A DNA stretch of 24,000 bases from an uncultured Candidatus Saccharibacteria bacterium (lineage in GTDB: Bacteria > Patescibacteriota > Minisyncoccia > Phycocordibacterales > UBA918): assembly GCA_964351645.1 (NCBI GenBank), contig CAYGOP010000010.1, positions 1,775 to 25,774 on the forward strand, written 5' to 3'. The notes under the pieces are model-generated. The model had not been told where the DNA came from and did not search any database. It saw nothing but the letters and a program-made list of their open reading frames with translations. This document shows, one piece after another, positions 1-6,371 of the stretch. The translations under genes were made by a program, and so were the position numbers. Each line of letters starts with the position of its first letter. Position 1 is the first letter of the stretch.

Positions 1-162
1 TGCATAGTTCGAGTATATCAGAGACCTGAACGCTTAAACCGCCCAAACAGGCGGTTTAAAATGCTGGTGAGCGACGTCTTTCTACATTGAACTATTACTC
101 AAAATACCCACTTGTTATATTTTGCCCAGATTTTGGTGAATCTATAAAAGGAAGAAGAAATT

Positions 163-972
163 CTACTCTACAGAGTCATCTTTAGGAGGTATTTCTGGTT
201 TGTTTTGTTCCGGCTTCATTGAGAGTAGTTTTTGGAGTACGGTAGACTTTTCCTGTGGTCGTACATATATTTCAGCCAGAACTTCTTTTGTAACCTCAAC
301 TAAAAAATGAAAGGTTTTCTGCGTGAATGGTTTCCAGTCACCTTCGTGTAGTTGTTCGCTGGTCATTCCTTGTATATTTGCCAAAGCGTCGAAGTACTCT
401 GGTGGAACAGTTGGATACTTACTCTTTAGTACTTTTATTCTCGCACCATACGCAATTTCATTGCCTTCTCCGTCTTTATCGGGTATTTGTTCAATTTTAA
501 GTAGCTCGTATATTGCCTTACGTAAACAGCCAGACGCACCTACTAGGTAGTTCATTTTTGAACAACCTTCTGCTTCTGAAATTAACTTACGCAGCTTCTC
601 GTTTACGCGTGAGTCAATTGTAAAAAACGTCGTAGGGTGATGGTAGAAAAATAGTGAGTCAATATCTACCTCTTCAGGAAGACTGCCTATTGGGTATCTT
701 TCATACTCGCCGTCTTCAAATATATCTACTACATAAAACCCATTATTAAAAATTTCAATATGGTGATTTGTGAGATGTAGTGATGTCTTCTCACAAGAAT
801 CCCCACCACACTTGATTCTATATCCATAAACAACCTTCTCGTTTGACCAATCGAAACTAAAGGTACTAGCTACCTTGTAGGTTACCGATTTTCTGTTGCA
901 GTAGGGGCAATTATACTTGTGTGCGTCAATAAAGTATTTACTGTCTAGGTGTGACTGGTCAAAAGAGTTCAT
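163..972 (-). CDS. N-terminal Zn-ribbon-like domain fused to a DUF4145-like helical C-terminal domain; function unknown
   Basis: 269-aa ORF with an ATG start. Cys pairs at C22xxC25 and C55xxxxC60. The segment LISEAEGCSKMNYLVGASGCLRKAIYELL resembles my recollection of the DUF4145 core. Not verified by any search. Confidence 0.55.
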   Translation of the reverse strand: MNSFDQSHLDSKYFIDAHKYNCPYCNRKSVTYKVASTFSFDWSNEKVVYGYRIKCGGDSCEKTSLHLTNHHIEIFNNGFYVVDIFEDGEYERYPIGSLPEEVDIDSLFFYHHPTTFFTIDSRVNEKLRKLISEAEGCSKMNYLVGASGCLRKAIYELLKIEQIPDKDGEGNEIAYGARIKVLKSKYPTVPPEYFDALANIQGMTSEQLHEGDWKPFTQKTFHFLVEVTKEVLAEIYVRPQEKSTVLQKLLSMKPEQNKPEIPPKDDSVE

Positions 973-1054
973 TAGTACTTATGATACCTGTACGGTCTAA
1001 AATAACAATAGAAAATAGCCTTTACAGGCTGCTCTCGGTGCGTAGAATATAAAT

Positions 1055-1288
1055 ATGGATAAACACTCCAAAGAAGAGCGAGAAAGGGAACTAGCGCGTA
1101 AATTTGACCTCGGAGAGGGTATAAATATCACTTTTGGTGATGGTGAGAAGGTGGATTATTTCTTCACTAATAAGGTTGAGGGTATAAAACCTTCTACAAA
1201 GAAGGCTTTTGGGTTACTTGAGGTCGAGATGTCTTCTACTCAAGCTGATGATGAGCAATTACTTAAGAAATTACACACCAGTCTATAG
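1055..1288 (+). CDS. Hypothetical small acidic protein (77 aa)
   Basis: ATG ORF divergent from 163-972. A TAGAAT -10-like hexamer at 1043-1048 sits 6 nt upstream of the ATG, so the mRNA may be leaderless. No recognisable motif. Confidence 0.45.
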   Translation: MDKHSKEERERELARKFDLGEGINITFGDGEKVDYFFTNKVEGIKPSTKKAFGLLEVEMSSTQADDEQLLKKLHTSL

Positions 1289-1296
1289 GTCTCTGT

Positions 1297-1839
1297 ATGG
1301 AAATACTGAATCCGGAAGAGAATATTGACCCAGAACAGTTGCTGTTCTTTTTCAACGTTGGTCACGAGTGCAGTTTTGAGTTTAAGTCCTTCGGTAACCC
1401 CCTAGAAAATGAATATAATTTTTACTGGTTCCACGATCGTTACTACGACCATCAGTCAGTTGAACATCAGCCCAAGTATCTACATTTATTTATTGAACCA
1501 GAACACAAGGTGCACCCTCGCTGGTTCAGAAGCGATATTGGAGAGAATACTATAGCGAACGCATACAAGTATTATCTTGGTACTGATGGGGTAATGGAGG
1601 GTTCTGGAGTCGAGCCGGCTATCTTACGCTGTTCCGCTACTTTTACCCCAAGTATAGTTTTTGAGTTTGATACAGAAGGTGGTAATACAGCAACAGCAAT
1701 ATTCCCAGACAAGCTCAAGGGACACAGCTTCGAGTTCTTCACTAAAGAACATAAAGCAATACCTTTTGTAGACATAGAAGGCCTTGTAGAGCTTGTGCCT
1801 ACCCTTGGAAAGGCTGTCCCTATTGTCCCTCTATGCTAG
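1297..1839 (+). CDS. Hypothetical protein (180 aa)
   Basis: ATG ORF 8 nt after the stop of the preceding ORF on the same strand, so an operon is likely. No recognisable motif. Confidence 0.55.
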   Translation: MEILNPEENIDPEQLLFFFNVGHECSFEFKSFGNPLENEYNFYWFHDRYYDHQSVEHQPKYLHLFIEPEHKVHPRWFRSDIGENTIANAYKYYLGTDGVMEGSGVEPAILRCSATFTPSIVFEFDTEGGNTATAIFPDKLKGHSFEFFTKEHKAIPFVDIEGLVELVPTLGKAVPIVPLC

Positions 1840-1964
1840 GTTTTGCTAGGGTGAAAATGTAAGGTTTTGTAGGGTTTGCGGGGAAGTGTTAGTTAGAGAG
1901 TTTTAGTGCGATAATAACCTTGTATATCAACATATTGATAGTCAGAATATTAGGTTTTATGAGG
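1838..1964 (+). repeat. Three degenerate direct copies of AGGTTTT(G/A)(C)T(A/G)AGG, plus a short palindrome TATCAA-cata-TTGATA at 1925-1940
   Basis: aggttttgctaggg at 1838-1851, aggttttgtaggg at 1862-1874 and aggttttatgagg at 1952-1964, all read directly from the sequence. Confidence 0.35.
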
Positions 1965-2017
1965 TCCGTAAAATAGTCAAAATGTTAGTAAATGTAAACA
2001 GCTGTAAAAGAACCATG

Positions 2018-2044
2018 AGGTACTTATAAAGTGCCTTTTTTATT
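2018..2044 (+). terminator. Weak-to-moderate rho-independent terminator
   Basis: A 7-bp stem pairs aggtact (2018-2024) with agtgcct (2030-2036), including one G-U pair, and is followed by tttttattt. Confidence 0.4.
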
Positions 2045-2123
2045 TACTTTTACTACCTCAAGAGGTATCGTAATGAGTACAACAAATGCCTAACCCTTGT
2101 CCTCTCTTTAAGTGAGGTGAGGT

Positions 2124-2258
2124 ATGGCAGGAAAACCCGTGAAAGATAGAAAGCTCCTCGTTAGGAGCGTCCTTTCACGGGTTGTCGTGGGAAACTGCGG
2201 CAGGTGGGTTCGCCCATCGCCTAGCGGGGAGCTTTCTGAAGACGCGCTAGGCCTTTAA
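2124..2258 (+). CDS. Possible 44-codon basic mini-ORF (MAGKPVKDRKLLVRSVLSRVVVGNCGRWVRPSPSGELSEDALGL) embedded in the structured element
   Basis: Below the ORF-track size cutoff. GAGGTGAGG lies immediately upstream of ATG 2124. Its TAA stop (2256-2258) overlaps ATG 2258 as TAATG. It could equally be a non-coding structured RNA. Confidence 0.3.
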   Translation: MAGKPVKDRKLLVRSVLSRVVVGNCGRWVRPSPSGELSEDALGL

Positions 2259-2271
2259 TGGCCTATTTTTT
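2248..2271 (+). terminator. Rho-independent terminator spanning the mini-ORF stop and downstream ORF start junction
   Basis: taggcc (2248-2253), loop tttaat, ggccta (2260-2265), then tttttt (2266-2271). Confidence 0.55.
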
Positions 2272-2446
2272 GTATATGAAAGACAAAGATGGACGATTTG
2301 CAACGTTTCTATTTTTAATTATTACTTCTACTTATATTGTTGCTTCAGTATATCCGTTAGAGAAGGGTAACTACATTTGGCTGGGTATTTTGTGGTTCGG
2401 GTTCGGTTTTTTATTGAGTTATATATGGAGGAAGTACTGGAATTGA
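2258..2446 (+). CDS. Small two-TM membrane protein (62 aa from ATG 2258, 56 aa from ATG 2276)
   Basis: Two hydrophobic segments, FATFLFLIITSTYIVASVY and IWLGILWFGFGFLLSYIW. It lies directly downstream of the structured element and its terminator. There is no SD before either ATG. Confidence 0.45.
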   Translation: MAYFLYMKDKDGRFATFLFLIITSTYIVASVYPLEKGNYIWLGILWFGFGFLLSYIWRKYWN

Positions 2447-2458
2447 AAGCTTGACTAC

Positions 2459-3505
2459 TTATTTTCGATAACTTGGTAACTTAATCTTGAAGATATTTTT
2501 TTCGTATTGCAAACCATCTTTATTTACACTCGCTTCTTCGGGCCTTGGCTCTATTTCGATAGAGGAATTTATCATTTGTAAGGTTCTATATACCGCAAAC
2601 ATCCCTATTCCTTCACCATTAAGTCCGCTTTTTTTTGCCTGCTCGCCGCAAAATCGTTCTTGTACTATCTTCGGTATCTCCTCGGGTTTAATTTGAAGGC
2701 TAATCATTGCTATTGAGACCGCTATACAGTCACTTTCTTTTGAAAATGATATTTCAATATCGGACTCGTTTAAAGCATATTTGGTTGCATTATCAAATAT
2801 TTGGAAGAAGGCACTCTGGAATGCGCTGTAATCTATATAAACGATACCTTCAAACTCATCAACACTTACTTTGATGCCTTTATCGTGAAAATCTTGAAAA
2901 AAGTTGTGAGCAACGTTCATCAGAGCCCTTCGTAGTTGGTGTGGCTGTTTGCTCAACTTTATTTTTTTGTTGTTTAAAAGGTTTTGAAAGAGAGCAAACT
3001 CTGTCTTAATACCAGTGTTATTCTTTATGAGATTTAGGATTTTTCTATGGATGTCCTCCATCCGGCCTTTGATAATGTTCTGTATTAACAACTTCCTTTC
3101 TTCTGGTCGGGCATTCCGTAGTTGATCTTCTGGTACTAATTCAAAAAGTTCTTGGATACTGTGTCCGTTTATAGCTTCAATATTATGAATTAGTCTGTTG
3201 ACATGGACAGTATTTCTTTCGCGTTCCTCTCTGGTAGCTCTATAAATTGAAGGTATGACAAATAGTTGAGCTTGAAGTATTTCTTTAAAATAACGAGACC
3301 TGCTTACTATTTCTTGGTCTTCAGTAAGGCCGTATACTTCTCCGTGTTCTCCACTAATTTTTCCGTGGCGGATTTTTTTACCCTTAATTACTTGGGTTTC
3401 CGTCCCAGAATCAATGCTTCCATATAACGCATCGTACTCTTGGGGAAGAGTATTGTGCACAACAGTGCCCTGCTTATCTGTAATTAAAAACCACACAATT
3501 AACAA
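2459..3505 (-). CDS. Cytoplasmic histidine-kinase-like ATPase (GHKL/HATPase_c) with a divergent H-box
   Basis: N-box-like FQIFDNATKYA and G2-like GLNGEGIGMF. Candidate phospho-His in VNRLIHNIEAIN, of the H-(D/N)-x-x-N AgrC/GHKL-like type. No TM segment. The only start options are TTG 3505 or GTG 3496, and both overlap or abut the upstream TAA (3499-3501), which suggests translational coupling. Confidence 0.7.
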   Translation of the reverse strand: MLIVWFLITDKQGTVVHNTLPQEYDALYGSIDSGTETQVIKGKKIRHGKISGEHGEVYGLTEDQEIVSRSRYFKEILQAQLFVIPSIYRATREERERNTVHVNRLIHNIEAINGHSIQELFELVPEDQLRNARPEERKLLIQNIIKGRMEDIHRKILNLIKNNTGIKTEFALFQNLLNNKKIKLSKQPHQLRRALMNVAHNFFQDFHDKGIKVSVDEFEGIVYIDYSAFQSAFFQIFDNATKYALNESDIEISFSKESDCIAVSIAMISLQIKPEEIPKIVQERFCGEQAKKSGLNGEGIGMFAVYRTLQMINSSIEIEPRPEEASVNKDGLQYEKNIFKIKLPSYRK

Positions 3506-4107
3506 TAAATTTCTGCGCTATATATTTCGACCAAGTTCTCAAACTCGTATGGGTCTGCATTTTTAGGTAGTTTCGCATGGGCATTTTCCCAAATAGGGTC
3601 AAATACATCCCTTTTAGTTTGCGAAGAATAAACAACTACTTTTTTATTAGGATGCCTTTCTCTTATTGCGGCAACTAGACCCAGTCCTTGGTCTTTAGGA
3701 AACAAATTCTTCGCCACTCCGTTAATATCAATGAAGCATATGTCCGCATCAATAATATTTTGGTCGTCTATACCAGATACACGGCTAATTATTTTAGTGT
3801 TTTTCCACCCACTTTTTTTAAGGATGTTAACAACTTTAAAGTCCGTTTTGTCATCAATAAAAAGGATTTTTGTTAGACGCTTTCTCTCTTCAGGGGTGTG
3901 AGCGCAAACACTTGGCTGGGAGGCAGCATGAAGGGTTTGGATAGGAGTGAGTGGCTGTTTAATTAAGTTTAGTATTCCTTTGAATATGTACTTAAACATT
4001 CCAGTAAATTTTTCAAGAATAAACAATAGTAACGGAATTCCTATTCCACCAAATACCCATTCTTTGTTCAATTTTATCCATGCCCACGCAGCTGATATTT
4101 CATCCAT
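3499..4107 (-). CDS. Membrane-anchored protein with a C-terminal CheY-like receiver (REC) domain
   Basis: N-terminal TM segment WVFGGIGIPLLLFILEKF. REC-like strands KILFIDDK, ADICFIDING (putative acceptor Asp) and KKVVVYSSQT, then AKLPK. The ORF track starts at TTG 4143; I prefer the first ATG at 4107 (MDEISAAW...). Confidence 0.65.
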   Translation of the reverse strand: MDEISAAWAWIKLNKEWVFGGIGIPLLLFILEKFTGMFKYIFKGILNLIKQPLTPIQTLHAASQPSVCAHTPEERKRLTKILFIDDKTDFKVVNILKKSGWKNTKIISRVSGIDDQNIIDADICFIDINGVAKNLFPKDQGLGLVAAIRERHPNKKVVVYSSQTKRDVFDPIWENAHAKLPKNADPYEFENLVEIYSAEIYC

Positions 4108-4110
4108 ATA

Positions 4111-4199
4111 TTGAATGCTACTTGAATGCTTGTTGTGTGACAAGGTGCCAAGTTTCCCTTGCTGTTTTATAGTATTGTAGTTAGATAGTTCAATACTAT
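4111..4199. promoter_or_regulatory. Divergent control region between the REC gene and the recombinase gene, carrying a tandem repeat and an inverted repeat
   Basis: TTGAATGCT occurs twice, at 4111-4119 and 4122-4130, with an 11-bp period. A 9-bp inverted repeat pairs atagtattg (4169-4177) with caatactat (4191-4199). Confidence 0.35.
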
Positions 4200-4213
4200 G
4201 TTGCTCTAGTTAT

Positions 4214-5992
4214 ATGAATGTAAAAATCGAGAACCAAAAACGTGTCGCTATTTACCTTCGAGTCTCTACTGATGAACAAGTAGAGCGTCATGGCCGTGAC
4301 CTACAAGAAGCTGCCGTGCGAGCGATGATACAGTCAAAAGCAGGGTCTGATGAACCTTTTGTTTTTGCTGGAGATGAACATATTTATTTTGATGATGGTG
4401 TTAGCGGTACGATTGAGCTAGGTGAGCGTCCAGCATTTGCACGTTTAATGGAGGCTGTGACGCTAGCTCCGAAAGGGAGTAAACCTTTTGATGCGGTAGC
4501 GGTATATAAAATTGATCGCTTTGCTAGAAAACTGACTATATTGCTCGACGCAATATCATTCTTTAAAGAGTACGACATAGAGTTCATTTCAGTGAACGAA
4601 AGTATAGACACCTCCACTGCATTTGGGAGGGCTATGCTAGGTATCATAGGTGTGATAGCGGAGTTGGAACGCGACACCATCTTCGATCGTACCCAAGCAG
4701 GAAGGATACAAGCTCTTCAAAAAGGTGTGCATATGGGTAATGCATCAAAATATGGCTATATTAAAGACTCGAGTAAACGTCTCGTAATTCTTGAAGAAGA
4801 AGCCGATACAGTCCGGATGATGTTCCAAATGTTAACCAGCAATAAGATGTCTGTTTACAACATAGCCGATTTCTTAAAAGAGAATGAGCATTTAACTCCT
4901 GATGCTTCGTCAATTAAGCATCAGAAAAGAAAAGGCATAGCTAAAAATAAAAAGTCCCTTTATAACTGGCACCCAGAAGCAATTCGTAGGATGCTGCAGG
5001 ATGAAATTTACGTTGGGCGAGCATACTACAACAAGACCAAGAATGGTAAGAAGGTTCCAAAAGAAGACTGGTTTGTTCAACATGTACCACAGATAATAGA
5101 TACTATTACTTTTGACCGAGCACAAAAGATATTAAGTGAAAATAAGCATCAAAAGAAAGAGACTCCGAGCAAGCACACCTATTTGTTGAGTGGCCTACTC
5201 CGATGCGAAGCCTGCCGTGATGGAGCAAATGCAAAGCATTACATTGGGACTCCTCAAACAGTAAAGAGCACTGGTAAAAAAGTGTATTACTACAACTGCA
5301 AAGGGAAGTCTCATCTTTACAAGGAAGACCCTTGCTTAACAACCCCGCTCCCAGCTGATGCGATTGAAGATTATGTAGTAAATATCTGTAAACAGATACT
5401 GGAAAATCCAATTGATACCTTTGAGTACCAACAGAAACTCAAGTCTACACGGGTAGAAATAAAGCATTTACAAAAGGAGGAGGACCGAGTCCTAAAGCTT
5501 GTTGAAGGTATACCCGCACGGAAGGACTTACTGCGGGAGCAGCACGAGGCAGCAATTATTGATACTCCTACTATTAAGGCTAAATTTGCTGAACTAGATG
5601 AAAAAGAAAAGTCTCATAAAGAGCAACTAACGCAAATACAGTCGCGTCTATCCCAAAACACTTTGAATGAGGGTTATATTGAAACTTTTAAGTTGTTCAA
5701 TGAAAATTATAAAGAGATGCTTAAGCAGGTAAGTAAGAACCGGTTAGATATTTATGACATCATCCATACGATGATTGATGAAATTACAGTCTACTCACGG
5801 CCGGTAGAGGAGGGTGATAGTGTGGCTGGTCGGAAGAAAAAGGGGCAACAGGTCCCGTATCGTATCCATATTAAGTTCAAGCTCCCGCAAGAGATGTTGA
5901 ATGCCTTTGGTAAGCAGGAGGTAGTAATAACAGAAAATGCACCCGAGGTGGGTGCAAGTTCTAGTCAAAAAGACATTGGTGGTGCGCGATGA
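4214..5992 (+). CDS. Large serine recombinase (resolvase/invertase N-terminal domain, recombinase domain, Zn-ribbon and coiled coil)
   Basis: VAIYLRVSTDEQ contains the catalytic Ser motif. YKIDRFARK is present. A Cys cluster LLRCEACRDG...YYYNCKGK forms the Zn-ribbon. A long charged helical region spans QKLKSTRVEIKHLQKEEDRVLKL. The ORF is 592 aa. Confidence 0.9.
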   Translation: MNVKIENQKRVAIYLRVSTDEQVERHGRDLQEAAVRAMIQSKAGSDEPFVFAGDEHIYFDDGVSGTIELGERPAFARLMEAVTLAPKGSKPFDAVAVYKIDRFARKLTILLDAISFFKEYDIEFISVNESIDTSTAFGRAMLGIIGVIAELERDTIFDRTQAGRIQALQKGVHMGNASKYGYIKDSSKRLVILEEEADTVRMMFQMLTSNKMSVYNIADFLKENEHLTPDASSIKHQKRKGIAKNKKSLYNWHPEAIRRMLQDEIYVGRAYYNKTKNGKKVPKEDWFVQHVPQIIDTITFDRAQKILSENKHQKKETPSKHTYLLSGLLRCEACRDGANAKHYIGTPQTVKSTGKKVYYYNCKGKSHLYKEDPCLTTPLPADAIEDYVVNICKQILENPIDTFEYQQKLKSTRVEIKHLQKEEDRVLKLVEGIPARKDLLREQHEAAIIDTPTIKAKFAELDEKEKSHKEQLTQIQSRLSQNTLNEGYIETFKLFNENYKEMLKQVSKNRLDIYDIIHTMIDEITVYSRPVEEGDSVAGRKKKGQQVPYRIHIKFKLPQEMLNAFGKQEVVITENAPEVGASSSQKDIGGAR

Positions 5993-6055
5993 GAGACTTG
6001 AACTCCCGACCTTCTCGGTGTAAACGAGCTGCTCTACCAACTGAGCTAATCGCGC
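5980..6055 (-). tRNA. tRNA-Val (anticodon UAC), CCA encoded
   Basis: The reverse complement reads GCGCGAT-TA-GCTC-AGTTGGTA-GAGC-A-GCTCG-TTTACAC-CGAGA-AGGTC-GGGAG-TTCAAGT-CTCTC-ATCGCGC-A-CCA. This hand-folded cloverleaf has a 7-bp acceptor stem and a GTTCAAGT T-loop. Confidence 0.9.
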
Positions 6056-6090
6056 ATATATTTGTAGGCACTATCGTACCTAATTTTAGT

Positions 6091-6128
6091 AAAAAAACAA
6101 GAGCAGCTGACCGGCAAAGGTCAGCTGC
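6091..6128 (-). terminator. Rho-independent terminator on the minus strand
   Basis: On the minus strand the sequence reads gcagctgacc-tttgcc-ggtcagctgc, a 10-bp stem at 6103-6128, followed by tcttgttttttt (6091-6102). Confidence 0.7.
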
Positions 6129-6365
6129 GAGGTGTTTACCGACGGAAGCCGGTTTGAGTACAGCGTGAGCTGGAAGGGGGGCGCCGGCACAAGCCGGGGC
6201 GGTCATGGGAAATGGCTTTGTTGTTTGGGACAGTTTGTCTGTCGCTTGTGTCTTCGTGTGAAAAGTCCTCAGTACCGTTTCTGCCGATGGCAGTCCAGTC
6301 ATTGTACATTCCAGCTGAGTCGCTGTTACTCATGGATGGTGCCCTTTGTTTTTAAAGTTACGCCT
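6091..6365 (-). ncRNA. Candidate structured ncRNA of about 275 nt, class not identified
   Basis: It has a minus-strand promoter and terminator. A roughly 20-bp interrupted closing helix pairs 6309-6331 with 6156-6175. Several GC-rich hairpins are present, including one at 6141-6154 that has a G-U pair on the minus strand but an A-C mismatch on the plus strand. There is no credible ORF. It is GC-richer than its flanks. Confidence 0.45.
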
Positions 6366-6371
6366 AAGTTC

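Larger units (their letters stand above)
2124..2271 (+). promoter_or_regulatory. GC-rich, highly structured RNA element (leader or ncRNA) with mutually exclusive antiterminator and terminator pairings
   Basis: A 12-bp helix pairs 2134-2145 with 2172-2183. It encloses the hairpin gctcct-cgtt-aggagc (2153-2168). A UUCG-capped hairpin at 2204-2217 contains a G-U pair that only works on the + strand. An 8-bp helix pairs gcctagcg (2219-2226) with cgctaggc (2245-2252). That helix competes with the terminator stem taggcc/ggccta (2248-2265), which is followed by a T6 run. Confidence 0.5.
1..5992. mobile_element. Putative integrative island (left end not defined, may extend beyond the window). Its right end is a large serine recombinase gene abutting and overlapping tRNA-Val.
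   Basis: The recombinase ORF stop lies inside the 3' end of tRNA-Val. The cargo consists of unknown or defense-like genes. By eye the stretch is more AT-rich than 6400-10700. No clear direct repeat marks the left boundary. Confidence 0.5.

Noticed and set aside
18-34. A 14/17 match (atcagagacctgaacgc) to the tRNA-Val T-arm/acceptor region (atgagagacttgaactc, 5989-6005) in the same orientation. This could be the island's left att repeat.
   Set aside because: It is a short imperfect match, and the flanks do not align. My rough estimate is that such a match is not unlikely by chance when any tRNA sub-window is compared with 6 kb. Serine recombinases also do not generate long direct repeats. I kept it only as a pointer for boundary mapping.
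38-60. Hairpin aaaccgcc-caaaca-ggcggttt as a terminator for the DUF4145-like gene.
   Set aside because: No T-run follows on the minus strand and only a weak one on the plus strand. It may terminate an upstream gene outside the window. The evidence is insufficient.
6091-6365. Identification of the candidate ncRNA as RNase P RNA, tmRNA or SRP RNA.
   Set aside because: The RNase P-like ACTCAAACCGGCTTC has no complementary P4 5' strand, and it lies after rather than before the closing helix. There is no tmRNA GGGG 5' end and no tRNA-like 3' end. The SRP-like GTTTACC...GGAA string is on the plus strand, which lacks a promoter and a terminator and pairs worse. The class is left open.
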